Source: the human T2T-CHM13v2.0 reference genome, Homo sapiens. Taken from it: a stretch of 64,000 nucleotides of DNA. The notes beneath the pieces are model-generated. The model did not search any database and was not told where the DNA came from. It worked only from the letters and a program-made list of their open reading frames with translations. The position numbers were made by a program, and so were the translations under genes. The stretch lies in assembly GCF_009914755.1 (NCBI RefSeq), contig NC_060932.1; one strand, written 5' to 3'. Shown one piece after another: positions 43,131 to 57,769 of this stretch; within the stretch, counting starts at the first letter, position 1, and each line of letters starts with the position of its first letter.

Positions 43131-46100
43131 AAACGTTCAATAAAGTCTTGTAAAGGCAGTAGTATTATGGGTGAATTAGCGACAGACCTAATCAGGTCTG
43201 GGAGAGGATAATATCCTGAGCCCCACAGCCACTGTCAGCAGCAAAGTGTAACTATGTGCAGCAGGAGTGTCACTAGCTACAGAGAGAGCTACCTGACAAG
43301 GCAGGTGGAATGGAAGAAGCAGAGGGACTACACCCAGCAACAAGGACTGAAGCATGATAGAAAGTTCCAGAAATATCTGGATGACACTTAGAAAAGAAAA
43401 AAAAAATAGGGTGACAAGGTTTGTGGGATGTTTGTCATCATAAATCGAGTTACTCAAGATACTATTACAGAGAACATACTTTTCAATCCATTCTCAGGTG
43501 TGCAATGATATGGAATATGTGTATTTCCTGTAGTGCAATCTAATCTGTGTCTTTTCTTCCTGGACAAAATCTTAATGTAGTCAACTCCAGATTTTCTCAT
43601 TTTTTTTTAAGTCACTTAAGGATTCTTCCTTCTTTTCTAAACCTTTCCTCCCTAGGTATTAGATCCTCTTTATGATATTTTTTAATTTGCAATACTTTAT
43701 GGTACTTTTCTGTAAGATTATTTTATATTAAGCAACTGTTTTATACAGCATTACAGAGTAAGAAACAGAGAGATTGTGGTTTGGGGTGCATTGAGATCCT
43801 TGGGTGTGACCATCCCTCCCATTTGGATTCTGGGGACTTGACTGCCTTTTGAAAGCCTCCACTCATTGGTACCCACATGGTCCCCTTGGTTATGGCACCA
43901 AGGCCCAAGAGACTACCTTTCAGCTTCTTTCCTGCTTTCTAAGCTTTTTTCTCTTCTCTGCTTCTCTGATACTCCTTCCTTTCCAAGTCCAGAGAGAATT
44001 AGCTTTTAGTTTTATTTCTGTCTTCCCTCTATGGCATAGGAAAGATAAAACTGATTATAAAAGAATTTTTCCCCAAATCCATGACTTACACAACAATATG
44101 GGCTTTGTGTCTTCAAAAGACAACAATAAACTTCATTTGTTTTCCTTTGCATTTGGATGCACCTCACCTCTATATAGTGCTAGAGTCCAAGGTCTAGTTT
44201 GAGAGAGGAAGAGAGAGAAAGAGAGAGACAGAGAGAATATGTTGGGGTGGGGTAAACAAAAGGATTACAGGGATTAATAAACATCTTTGGTAGATATTAT
44301 ACCACCACAGTCTATATAGTGGTGGTATAATATTTACACAATGCACAGCAATACTAAACTGTGTGGCACAGGGATAAATGGTCTAGAATGTCACAGAGAA
44401 GGAATAATTTAGTGAGAGTCAGGAAATTAGGAAAGTTTTCCTAGAAGACCTAGGAACTCAGAGAAATTACAATAGACAAATCTAAGGATGGGAAATTCTA
44501 AGTTAAATAGAGAATAACAGAAGCAAAAACAAAGATGAGGGAATAAATGTGCCCTTGGAAAAGTGAGAAAGTTCACAGAAGTCTCCTGATGATATTTCAT
44601 GGAGTATGGAGAAAATTAAGACAGTATATTCATGTTTGAGACGGATTCTTAAAGATTCTGAAAATGAGTCACATTGTTCTAGATTTGATGAGGCAGAAAA
44701 TAAGAATGTATTTGAGAGTGTCACAATATAACAAAAGATGTTTTTAAAGAATGGGTACTTGTTGTCTAGGGGCCATTCTCATCATAGACCTGTCCTTCCA
44801 TGACTACATCATTTTTTAAAAAATAATTAAGCAAGGGGTTAATTATTGGCAAGTGTGGACAAGTTACCCAAGCCTTTTTAACATATGTAATTCTGTCCAA
44901 TATCTGGACAGTAAAAAGCATGAACTTGATGCCAGTGTTTTGAAGCAATATTTTATCATTATAATTAGACTCTGACTCCCATTCTGTTGGTTCTCCAATG
45001 GCCAAAAGTTATGTGTTCCTCAAAACCTTTCTGTGGTCGGCTCAGCCAATTTATATAATAGGTTACTACATGCAGCCAAACCTATACAACCATAAATGTC
45101 TGTCCTTCTGGAAGGCTGAGGTATTCATGTTCTTAATCGGTGGCTTTTAGACACAAAATCATTACTCACTAATTACTTTTGTTTTAAAAATTAACACTAA
45201 ATTTTTAAAGATATAAACTCATAAACCTAGTTCTTTCTTGATCTGATTTCAATTTACATAAAATTTTATTGTATTTTAACATTACTATTAAGAGGGCTCT
45301 TAAAACATGAGTTATTCATCTTATTTAAACGTTTTGAGCTGCCTTTATAAATTTAGATTTTCATTTCTTTTGTATTTTACCTTTCCTGATTACATAAAAT
45401 TTGCTGAGTAATCAAATAACATTTGTAGGAATACATGTTAAGTTTGTGGGTATGGTAAATCGTAATTTATCTTAAATATTACAGTACAGTCTGATGCATC
45501 AAAGTCTCAACTTTCCACTAAAAACACAAGTTAATGAAATAAGTTTGATTTGGTTCATCATTTCTCCATTTAACTCTATATTTTTTTAGGGTTAAAAAAT
45601 CCTCTCAGGAAACTAATTACACAATTTCAAATAATTTGAGTTTCCCTTTCTAGGCAAGTTCTTAGAATTGCCTTCTCAGTCAGCTGGAGTTGCGCATCAA
45701 CCAGAGATTATGGCCCGTGTAAAGCCAGAACTGCAGACGTCTGGGGACATTGTCCACAAAACTGGGAGAGGCAGACAGAGCAACAGATGAAATGGTCTCT
45801 GCTTTTGTGTCCACAGTAAAGTTACAGTTCACTAAATTCTTCATTTCACTTAAGGAGTTGGTAAATCATTTTAAAATTTTAGCTAACTTCCTTCATATTG
45901 CAGTTTAACTTTTAAAAATTTCCTTGGGTCTTTTAAGATATTAAGTGACATCTGATTGGTTTTAGCATTTTCCTTTTACTTTTCTGGCTCCATATCATAC
46001 TTTTGAGGATCATTTTAGCATTCAAATGACAATAACAAATGGTGAATGTTGTCTAAGCAAAGTATAAGAGAAAAATTTGCCCTCGTTTATAATCCTCTAA

Positions 46101-46396
46101 TATACCTGTAAGTCCATGATACATACATTATGCTCTGTTGAAATTCAATGCATCTTGAGGTTACTATGGTGAACCAAACACAGTTCTGGACATTAAGGAT
46201 TGAAGTCAAATAAAGAAAATAGACAAGCAAAGAAAAACTTGCAAAGCCAAGTGTAACTGCTGGCTCTAAACCTACTGGGAAAGGAGACCGAATCTTCTCT
46301 TGGAATTATCAACAAATTGTCTACAGAGGAAACACTTTAGATTGCTGCATTAACTCTTCACATCATTTTAATGTTTTCCACTAGGATAATGCTGAA

Positions 46397-46577
46397 CAGA
46401 AGTCCCCAGAGGGCAGTCCTGGAATAGAAGCATCATCCCCGTCACCTGTGAACTTGCTAGAAATACCAACTTACCACTTTAGATCTACTGAGACAGAACT
46501 CCAGAAGGAGGCCCTGCAATCTGGGTTTTGTAAGTCCTCCAGGCGATTCTGATGCCCGTTAAGTTTAAGAACCACTG
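46397..46577. mobile_element. MER5A (hAT-Charlie)
   Basis: 'cacctgtgaacttgctagaaat...ctactgagacagaactc...ctccaggcgattctgatgc...aagtttaagaaccactg'. Confidence 0.8.
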
Positions 46578-49500
46578 TATTAGAATAATACCAAGCTAGG
46601 TAAGGTTGATCTCAACTTATGTGCATGTTAAAAAAATGATTATGTTCCAAAGTAAGGTTATACGTGGGATGTAAACACTGAAGATTTAGCTACAAACTTA
46701 TGTAGATGACTACTGATTCCTCAGCAAAGACCACAAATTCTGGTTTTGGATACTGAAATGCAGTATGCACTCTCTCAAATGATCGCTGATCAAATATTGC
46801 ATTTAAGCATCCTTAGTGATTCTGAACCTGGATGACCTGTTGCAGGACTATCAGCAAAAAGATAAAAAACTATTGAACAAAGACCTTTGAATTATGCTCT
46901 TTAGAGCAAGTTTAGTTCTTAAAAGTACAGAGTGAACAGTAAAGCAGAAAAGCTACTAGTTTACTAGACCTTTTTCTATTGACGAAACAATAAATAGAGT
47001 TAAGAACAGCAGGTTTTCCACAAGACAGTAATTCTTTTAGTGTAAAATCACTGTGGGCTAATCCTGCATTAAATCACTAAGATGTGCTGCATGAATAAAA
47101 ACATCAAAGGAACTCAAAGGACACATACAAAAAAAATATGAAATTATGAACTCAACACCTTCTGATATATTTAACAGATTCCAAGTCCGTCACAATCAAG
47201 ATCTTTAATACAGAATGCTCCCTCTTTCCTCATTCACCCTCAGTGAATCAAGTCACAATAGTTCTAAGATTAAGCATAAGAACTCAGGTTAGATGAAAGA
47301 AATAGCTTCCCTCCCACTCTTCCAGTCCCAGATCTAAGATGGTTACTTAAAGCCCCAATTATTTGCCCAAATAATTATCAAGCCTTATAAATAAGACAGG
47401 AATTTGGCAATCAGTTAGTACCTCTTAAGTCTAGATTTATTCAGTGTGGTGAAAAAACTATTCAGAAATTTAGAGAGAAAATTATAAGAATCCTACTTTG
47501 GCATAATGGATTAACCAAAATACAATTTTCAAAGATCATTTATGATTAGTAATAATCCTAAAAGAGTGAGTTTGGGTTTTAAGGCTAATTCCCCTCCTTA
47601 CCAAAACATCTTGAGGTTTATGGATTAAGACAATGTGATTCTGATCACAATTAAAAAGTATCTTTATTTGAAACCTCCAAATATCCACTTATACATCAAT
47701 CACCTGTATGATTGATTAGATCTCCTAGTCAAATAAATAGGCAGGCAAGGCTCTAATGTAAAAATAGGCTGCCAGTTGACATATTAGCAAATATCTTGGA
47801 AATACAATAAATAAATAAATAAAATGGGCCATGGTGGAAAGACAGAGGTACTGCTGTGCAAATTGAGGACAAGACCATCTCTGGGTTCAGTATCAACAAT
47901 GACAAATGGAAGAAAGTCATTTTCACTCTGTTTCTATAGGCAATTTTACTATGGCACTGATTAGACGGGATTATTTTAAGGTGTGAAAAAATGTAAGGTG
48001 TTAAATAATATTTACTAAAGTTTAGAATCTGGCATGTGTTTTGTGTTTCATTGGGAAATGGGGGACAAGTTGCTTGATTTAGTGAGCAGACATTAGGTTG
48101 TCTTTTATGTACAGGCTAGGTCAGGAGGATAAGAAAAGATTAAGTATTGTTTCAACCTTGAAAGCAGAAAGTAGAAGACATTATAAACCTTGCTTATAAA
48201 CCTTAATTAGACTGCAGCTGAAACTGTTTTCCAAGCTGTAGTTCATAGACAAACCTAAGAGTTCAGAGGAGATCTTTATCAGCAAACAGGAATCTCACTT
48301 CTATATTGTGAATTCATCTTCATACATTCCATCTTCCCAAAAATATAGTAGATAAATGTAACACATATTAACATCCAACATAAGGCATCCACACTAGATT
48401 CTAATATGCACCATAGAAACCAAAGAAGTTAGTCTATAACAATATACAGTATATTTATTTAAGGTATAGTGCCCAATACATGGGAATGAATTAGCTCCAC
48501 AATGAACGGTACATAATGAAACTTGCTGTTACTCCTATAGTGATATTTTAATAAACAACATAAGGGGTAGACATCCAAACTAAAATATTTTACATGAAAA
48601 AGTTCTTAAATGACATCTTATTCAAACCTATTTGGAGCTAGATGAAAAATATGCCAGAGTTATTCAAATACCTCTGTCATATGGAATTATTTCCCAGAGA
48701 AAGTCACCACTCCCAAAGTACTACACTCCTTTGCCAGTCAATCCTTTTTCTGGAATGTCAAGGCTATTTTAAATCTTGCCGCACCCTAAATAATGGATCT
48801 CTGTAGCTTGCACCAGCTAATTCCCAGTGCAGCCGGAGCTCCCAGCTCTTCACATCCATAAGCTGAAAATTAACAGCAATTTTTCATTATGACACTGGGA
48901 CTCCAACTGTGAGCGTTAAGTGTTTCAGAAAAAATAGAGCATGATATGATTTCCGTACATCTATATATTTTTTGAGGTTGCAAGAAAGCACAGCATTTTT
49001 CAGACCCACTTATGTAAATACAATGATACTCTAATAGAGAGGGAATTATCATTATATTTCATTTTAAATGTTTAAAAAAGAAAAACCTCATGGCACAAAT
49101 TTGAACTAGCACATTGTTTTCTTGATTTACTGGGTTTGAAGAGATACTGAATGAATAGCCCTCTCTCATGCAATATTTCATGTACTTTCTATAGGTCTGT
49201 GAAATTTCTATAATGCAGCAAAATAAGCCTTGCCTCAGGTTTAATGTCTTCTGTTTATTAGCAGAATACTGTGCACCTGCTCAAGACACCTGCACATTTT
49301 AACTTAGCATTTTAAACTAAATCCAATCAACTCTGCATTAGCACACTGACTCACCATCTAGTACATTAAGGATTTAAGGTTCAATTCATAAATTGCTTAG
49401 CAAGATGGATGTCTCCTCTCCCCTGTCTCTCTTGTTGCTCCTCCAGTCCCACCACCCCATGTGGAGGATTATCTATCACCGTAGAACAGTAGCTTTATCC

Positions 49501-49949
49501 TGACTGTCAAGTGGCATTAGTAGGTTATTTAACTCTTAGGAGGCAAATCCATAAGACTCAAGGTCTGTTGTTCATGAGACAAACAGGAATTTTATTTGTG
49601 ATTATAAATAGGCATATTTTCAAAAGGAAATGTCCATCAATCATGAGAACATGAACCTTGTGCATGACAATTTTTCTTTTTACTTGTAACAGCAGCTGCC
49701 AGTCTGTTTCCTATAGGTGGCAGGAAAAAACTGGAAGCCCTTTCTTTTTCTTCCTTCTAGGTTTGGCTTTATTGTTCTTGTATAATTCCCCAAACTATGT
49801 GCATTTATTTTTCAAGTAAAACATAACACATTGATAAAATATTTTATTTCTTATATTTAAATATATTCTCTCACTTCTTTCCCTACATCTGCGACCACTC
49901 ATCCTTGGTTTCATTAACTAGCTTCTGCTTTTCAGCCTACCTCTTGCGT

Positions 49950-50850
49950 TTATCCATTCAGCAACTTGTTTTTGAGTTCTTAGTATCTTTACAGCACCTT
50001 CGTAGGTGCTGGTAAACAGCATTTAAAAAACAGAAGATGTTTCTTGTTCTCATATAACTTACATCTTCATAGTAGGAAAGGATGGAAGCAGACAATAAAT
50101 GAGTGAATAAACAGATAAATAAAAACAAGATGTGACTCATCATAAGGGTAAGTGATATGAAATAAACAAACAGGATAATGAGATAGGAAGAAACAGTCAA
50201 GCGAATATCCTCATTTCTTTTTAAAATTCAGTTCAATTAATTTGTATTTTATTTTACACACTAACTCTGAGCCAGTCCTGTTTGATAATGGGACTACAAA
50301 GGTGGGTAAGTTTCACTTATACCTTAGCAGAACTCACATTCCATCAGAAAGAGAAAGACCTAAACAATCACAACAGACTGGCAAGTACTATAATAAACTT
50401 CCTATGATCAATAGAATAGGGAAATATTCTGATGTTACCCAAGGGTGTGAAGAAGACTTTTGCGAGCAAAGGATAACCGAGTGGACTGTTGAAGAAACAA
50501 TAAAAATTAATTCAAATGGTTACAAAGTTAAAGAGCATTGCTGGTAGACATGCAAAAGCATAGAAGTTTAGGCAATTATGTACATTTAGAGATATGTATT
50601 TATTATTATTAAGGAGTACGAATGTTTGTGTGCTAGGTTTAAGTGTTTGGACTTCATCCAGAGGGCAGTAAGAAACTATTGAAACATTCTTTAGAAAGTA
50701 GAGATAAGATCGGGTTTGGGCTTTAGAGATATCCTTTGAACAACGTGAAAGTAGACATCATTCCAGGGTTTGGTTAGGGGGCTGGTAAAGACAGAGAAAC
50801 CAATTAGGAAATGCTACAGTAAGTGCAAGCAAGATTGACAAGGGCCTGAA
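49950..50850 (-). mobile_element. L2 fragments
   Basis: 'ccattcagcaac...ttctcatataacttacat', 'gtttggacttcatccagagggcagtaagaaactattgaa', 'gggcctgaactaa'. Confidence 0.6.
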
Positions 50851-50886
50851 CTAACATATTGGAGGCACTCAATAATACATACATAT

Positions 50887-50917
50887 GAGTGTGTGTGTAT
50901 GTGAGTGTGTGTGCGTG
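50887..50917. repeat. Imperfect (TG)n
   Basis: gagtgtgtgtgtatgtgagtgtgtgtgcgtg. Confidence 0.8.
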
Positions 50918-51095
50918 CATAAAGAGTAACGAATGAGTGCCTGAATTAAAGGAGGGCCAGATAGGAGATTGGGGAATGAAAAGGCTTATTGATTTAATGT
51001 TGGCTTGTTCTAATGAAATATAATGTGAATCAGAGCATTAAGCAGAAAAACTCATGGGTGGAATGTGCTTATGTCCCAATCAAGGTGTTCTAGGG

Positions 51096-51298
51096 CAGTT
51101 GTTCTCAACTCAGGGTGTTTTGCCATCCAAGGAACATCTGCACATCCATGGAAACATTTTTGTTTTTCACAACCTGAGGGAGGTACTGCTGGCATCTAGT
51201 GGGTAGAGATGCTGCTGAACATCCTACAATGCACAGGACCACAGCTGCAACAAAGAATAATCCAGACCACACAGGAGTGGCAAAGTTGAGAAACCATG
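51096..51298 (+). mobile_element. MER20 (hAT-Charlie)
   Basis: TIRs 'cagttgttctcaac' / 'gttgagaaaccatg'; 'ctggcatctagtgggtagag...catcctacaatgcacaggac'. Confidence 0.88.
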
Positions 51299-51787
51299 CT
51301 CTCGAAGAATGATCTCAGTAGCAGTAGGTGTGAGTAAGCTTACTTAGTACAAATCCTCAGGAACAGAAACCACTGTATTGAGGATAATGTCTAGGAGATG
51401 AAGCCCAGCTCAACGATTTGAAAAGGCTTTCACTCCAGGTCCACAAGCTTTATCTGAGTCAGTCAAGTAAGCAGTCTGCTTTCTTCATCTTGCTTTTCTT
51501 TTCTACACCTTTAGAAAAAAATCACAGCTAAAGGATATATTTGTAGGATATATCTCCTTGTTGATATTTACTTCTTTGTAATAGGCACGCATATTGCTGT
51601 TGGTCATGATGTAATGCAGGAATTTTCTAATCACTTTGAGAAAGAAAAGTGGCAACATATTACATTCTTGATAGATTAATACACACAGGTTTCAAAACCT
51701 GTTTTAATAATACAGTGTAATCAATTACCAGTGTGAGAGAGGATCAATAGCAGAATTGGATTATCTGAGAAGCTTGGTCTCAATTAA

Positions 51788-52037
51788 TGATAATAATAAT
51801 GTCTAATATTTATTGAGTGCTTACTAGCCATAACCCTTCTATGAGTTTACATGTGCTCCCTTAGTCCTTAAAAATACCTATGAGGAGGGTAGTATAACTG
51901 TTTGCATTTTACAAATGAGAAAACCAAGACACAGGTGGCTCATAAACTTTTCAAATTCCACAACTAGCATGTTGGAGCCAGTACTCACACTCACGTCTCT
52001 GACTATAGAGCCACACTGATACTCACTGCTTTGCTGT
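51788..52037 (-). mobile_element. MIR (near full length)
   Basis: 'tatttattgagtgcttacta...cattttacaaatgagaaaacc...tctctgactatagagcc'. Confidence 0.8.
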
Positions 52038-55000
52038 TTCCGGAATTACTTGCTCTAATTATTACAAAGTCACACTGTTTTCTAAGTGGACCAACAAAAG
52101 AAAAATCTAATCATTCTTGGAAATGTAATAGTAACAGATACACAGTGGTATCACCATGTTTCCTTAAGGGGATCTGTCAAAGAACTCAAATATATTAAGT
52201 GGAGTTAAGGTGAAATGTTTGTCATTCGTCCCCAGATTATGAACACTTGTAGAGATTTTCAGTTGTTCTTAAATTCCTGTGACTACTACTCCTTATTTCA
52301 ACTGATTGGGAAAATTCTTGGTGATCAGAAAACTTGGAGTAAGAGAAAAGTGGAAATGGTTTCTTGAAAACTGAAAAGCAGCATTGCCCCCATGTAAGTA
52401 TTGTGAAGCATCTGTGTTTTGAGTGGAAAACCTTTTTGAAAATAAAAATACATCTAGTGATGAAGAAAAATCCACATACGACTTAAGTCTTGTTGGAACC
52501 AAACACAGCTTTCAATAAGTAAATTTTGTATTGATCTATCTATATAAGTAAATACAGAAACAAAGTAGATAATACATTTATAAATTAGGTCCCCAAAGTA
52601 CAAAACACTTGCAGCATTAATCTTGAAAATCATTTTTTTAAAAATTTCCAGTCAAGTGGTATGATTGTAATGGAATCTTGTCTCTTGTTTTTCTTTTTTA
52701 GGTTATTCTTCAATGGATTATTTCAAAAAAAGGAAGAAAAAATTAAGTGAATTCATAGCAACCTTTAAAAATGCATCCCCCCAAGAGATACAAAAAATTA
52801 ATTTTCAAGAGAATATGAGCAATTTTAAAGTAATTTATAAAAATTTCAAGCACCTAGCATAGAGTCTTGCACTTAATAGACATTTATTGAATATTGAAGT
52901 TTTTGGAAAGTCTTCCCAAAGGTTTAAAGGAATAGACAGCTAGTGTCTAATTTGGCACAAACAAAATACATATAAGAAAGATGAAGGAGAACTCAAGAAA
53001 TTTGTATGTTATTTGATGAATTTCCCTAAACATTAAATGGCAGATTTGAGGCCAGTGTCTATATGAGCAATTTGCACACATGTGTTATGACTTGAGGGTT
53101 GCACTTGATAATGACATTTCAAATAACACTTCATAAATTATAGTCACCCACATTATGTCACTTAGACCTCTAATGTTCTTATGAAGACATTAAGAGTATC
53201 TCTATTTCACAGACTCCAAAAGATTCAATATCCAACCTAATGCCCAAATGGCATTTGAACCTTGCTCCTGAGACAATTAAGCCAGTGTGTTTTGTTACCT
53301 AATAGTTTTTATACATTCCTTTAATCCTTTCTCATACTGGAATCTGTTTCACACTCTTATTTTTTCAAATGAGAAAACAGTCATTTTCGCCTTCATTTAG
53401 GCATTCTCCCACTCAAGTGTGGGAAGAAATCCAGAGTTTCATGAACACAAAGTGATTCAAATAACTTTCCAAAGTCTCCTCTCACCCTTTCCAAATTATT
53501 CTATGAGTGGTCCTTCTGGTTTTAACTATAATGAAAACCAGACTTTCAGATTTAGTATGATATCATCCAGAGATAGCTGTTATCAGTTTCAGAGCTTGTG
53601 GGTTTTCTTTAATCTCTTTCACTGGAGTGGAGGGTTGAGGCATCATTTGCTCTGTGCATCCTGGCTCTACTCCAAAGGCTTCCATTTTGGAGCCGGATCT
53701 CTGCACCAGTGCCAGGTCCAGTTGCTCAGCTCTGGCATTGCTACACTCAGCAGCATTTTATTTGAGTGAGTGAGGCCAGTCACTTTCTTAGCTAACTGGA
53801 AAAGAGCTTGCTGGTTTGGAGGACTGAATGGGTGCTGGTGTAAAATTATGGTGAATGCTTTTCTTCCCTTCCTGCACACAGAGCACATCATATATTCCCT
53901 CAGTACCCTATACCATAGGAAAGGGTGTCTGCACCTCTAAATGGAGGAAATTTTAATCCTTTAATAACTTTACCAGGACTAGGGAGCAATATCTTTTTTT
54001 TCTTTTTTGGTTTATTCTACCTGAGAATAGGAAAAACAGACAAAATTGCCCACAAAATATATGTGCATAGTAAAAATTATGACAAGAATACTCTCCAAGA
54101 TAAACAAGCCACAGTTCCATTTCCTCTGAGAATCCAGCACTTGCTGTCATACATTGGTAACTCTGGCTTCCTACTTTGAATGATTCATGAATCAATGGCT
54201 TAAACTGTAACTGATTTAAGAAACTTAATGGCAAATTTCCACTACAGAAATTCAATGTGTTTGTTTAAAAATAAATTAAATTCCGAACCAAAGGATCCAG
54301 AAACTGTCCCATAGAGAAACCCTTTCTTTACCAAGCAGATGTTTAGATAACTTGTTTATTTTAAAGCCTGTCCTTCTTAGATTAAATTTGAATTCTCCTA
54401 GCTAGGGAATCTACATTATTAACTGTCAGCTAAAAATAATACAGAATAAGAAAATCACATGGAACCAGTCAAGGCAAAACAGAAACACAAAAGATGGTAA
54501 TTCTCTTCAATTTCTCTCTTTTGGGGTAACAGAATTTGAAGCCAATAGTCACCATACGTGATAGTCACAATATGTTTTCTCCATTAAGTCTGATGATTTT
54601 ATTTTTGGTACACAAGTCTTCCTAGGCTTTTCTAGTGCTTCCCCCCAAAGCAATAATTGGAATTACTCTATTTCATATAACAATGGGAAATGACTTAAGG
54701 AGGAATAGATGTTCACTTTACTAAACCTGTGCTCAGATTCTTCAGTTGTTAAATCAAGGAGATGAGCAGCTAGGGTCTTATGTTTAATGCCTGCTTATAT
54801 GGTAGCTGAAATGCACATGCTATACTTCGTGCACTGTAAGATTAATTCATAGCTAACCTTGAAGAAGTACTAAGGCGTTAGAAAATCTATGATTTTAGAT
54901 TCCTTGATTTGTGTATTATGGGCAAGCGGATTTTTTTTTTATTACTGGTATAGAAGGCTAAAACGAACCTTAAAGACTAATCATATTGTGATAGATTTAC

Positions 55001-55939
55001 ACTATGGAATGGTTAAATTTCAAGAAGACAGATTCTACAAATTTATGTGATCCAAAGCCAAGTCTCATCTCTCTACTCTTGAGCTCTGCTTGTACCTATT
55101 TCTAACTCAGTATTGACAGGATGAGTCTACAAACACTTCAGGATCTTTGATTCACAGAAGTTAAATATATTATCATATTATTTAAAGTCAAATTAGAACC
55201 ATAAGAACCAAATGAAGGCTTTTCTATCAGGCTATCTCTAACTAGATATTTGACACTTTAAAAATATTTAACTAGTATTAACACTTTGGATCTTCAGAAA
55301 AAATTTATTAGAGATATTATTAAAATTATCTGGAGGCTAGATTAAATGGAGCACTGTTATCTATTTCATAAAAGTATTTTAAAGACCTTTAAAATACAGG
55401 TTGGGAAGAGTAAAAAAAATACATTGGTAAGTTACTTTTTTATCTTTTTGATGTGAAAGAAATTGAGAAGTGGAAAGTAAATACTTCATTTCAGTTTTAT
55501 AAAGGAAAATCCTAGAAAATGTACTATAAAGAAAAAGTAAGGTTGTGTTTTCAATAACCTTCAGTAAACCTTTCAGACAATGTGAGGCTTGCCTCCTTTC
55601 TCCCAATTCATTTCAAGGACAGGTCAGCCATACACCCCAGCCACATGATGTTGGCACTCATCTTCAACCACACAATGGACTTCTATGGCTTCTCACCTTT
55701 ATGGATGCTAATCTCTCTCACTAGATACTGCGCCCACCAGAGTCAACTCACCATACCCAACCCCAGGGTCCATCTGGTTCAGTAGGAAAAGCACAAACCA
55801 GCTGTTATTTTCTACATGAAGGCTACTCCAACTGCCCTGGGCAGAACTGTTTCCTGGATCCCCCTCTGAGCTACCAAGACAACTTGTTCTTAACAGCATG
55901 TACCTTTCTAATCCCATTGCCAAGCTATGACTTTTCAAT

Positions 55940-56057
55940 GGCAATAGACCATGTTGAACTTAACTTTGTACCTTAATGACCTAGTGCAAATTCTTGGCAC
56001 ATATTTGATGCTTAACAAATGCATAAAATGTGAATGAATGAATGAATGAATGAATGA
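55940..56057 (+). mobile_element. L2 3' end with (TGAA)n tail
   Basis: 'cttggcacatatttgatgcttaacaaat...(tgaa)n'. Confidence 0.75.
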
Positions 56058-57048
56058 AAAAAACTCCAAGTACTTGGTTTTGCTTGAAGGTGTGTCCCAA
56101 GTTCTTTTGGCCTTCTAATTATTTGATCCATATGTGGGGAGTATAAACCATCTCAGAGGTTTCTGAAATGATATTAAATCTCAAAAATGTAAGATTTAAA
56201 GATTATCCAAGACTCAGAATGAGAAAAATATGTGGCATAGCTGTTCATCCTTAGTGACCTGAAGAATGTTGTTTAGAATTTCTTGTTTATTGGTGGTAGG
56301 AACGCATGAGTACAGGCTTTTGAAAAGCAGTTGGGTAAACTATGTATTTTATCCATCTGAAATACATAAACATTTTTATGAATAAAGTTTTCAATGCAGT
56401 GCTACTTTAAACTGAAAGTAAAATATATAAACAATTGTCCAACAACAGAAAGATAATTAATTAATTCAATAGAATATTATGGAGCTTTTATAATTTATAG
56501 GAAAGTACTAATAAAATGATATTATGGGAAAAGGAATATTTTGCATTCATGATCACCATTACTGTCTAACAATGTGTATAGAAAAATACTGATTAAAACA
56601 ATAAAAAAGGAAGCCTTTTTTTTTACTTATCGAATCTCCCATGTTTTTTTCTTTGGAACAAATTTACATTCTTTCACTGTCAAACATAGATTTAAAAATT
56701 TATATGAAATAGTAAACTGTTTATATTATTAAACTGTTAATATTCAAAGTTTTTTTTAGATAGAGTTTAAAATATTACAGTTGGAATAGAAGTAATAAAA
56801 CAGTGGTTTTCACACTTTTCTGAGGAAGTTCAGGAGTCCAAAAGTGTACCTGTTTGTGTATAGTGAGTAACATGCAATTCAATCAGAATAACTTTATTCT
56901 TATGTATTTTATTTACTGTGTTTCTATAAAATAGATTTTTTAAAATAAGAATTCGACCACTAAAGACAAGCTTGAGCAAAAACCCGTTTAAGATATAGAA
57001 AAAGAAACTGAGGTTTGGAAAAGCAAATTGACCCAGGGTTGTACATTG

Positions 57049-57320
57049 TTTTTTGTTTGTTTGTTTGTTTGTTTTTGAGACAGAGTCTCACTTAGTCGCC
57101 CAAGCTGGAGTGCAGTGGTGTGATCTCGGCTCACTGCAACCTCCACCTCTTGGGCTCGAGTGATTCTCCTGCCTCAGCCTCCTGAGTAGCTGGATTTACA
57201 GGCATGCACCACCATGCCTAGCTAATTTTTTGTATTTTTAGTAGAGATAGGGTTTCACCATGTTGTCCAGGCTGGTCTCAAACTCCTGGCCTCCAGTGAT
57301 CCACCCACCTCGGCCTCCCA
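57049..57320 (-). mobile_element. Alu (AluS/Jb-like), 5'-truncated, inside a MIR
   Basis: (TTTG)n tail, ends at 'cggcctccca'; TSD ttgtacattg (57039-57048) / ttgtacactg (57321-57330). Confidence 0.93.
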
Positions 57321-57769
57321 TTGTACACTGATCTTAATGGAAGTACTATAGAAAGATTTTAGGACCCTTAATATTCCCAGTTCAACATTTTTTCTTTTAC
57401 ACCTAAAGATACGCTACTCCCTGAACTACTGCACCATCTGCCTCTATAAGTACATACTGCTTTGTGCTAGGGAAAAATAATCACATCAATTTAACCTAGA
57501 GTTTTAAATGTTATGTCAGGACCTGTATTCTTATTTAATTCACCTAAACCCATTCAGTATTCAGAAAGTTTCCTTCGGAAAAGTAAATTCGCCATTGAGT
57601 AAAGCCTAAAAAATTCTCCTCACCAAATTATCAAGCCCTCTCATACAGTGAAATGTGTATTTACAACTTTCTACAAATTGAGAAAGGGAAGAGAAAATTG
57701 AGGTTGGTTATATAAAATATCACTTATATAATCGAACTGCAACACAGTGAAATATTTCTGATACCAAGC

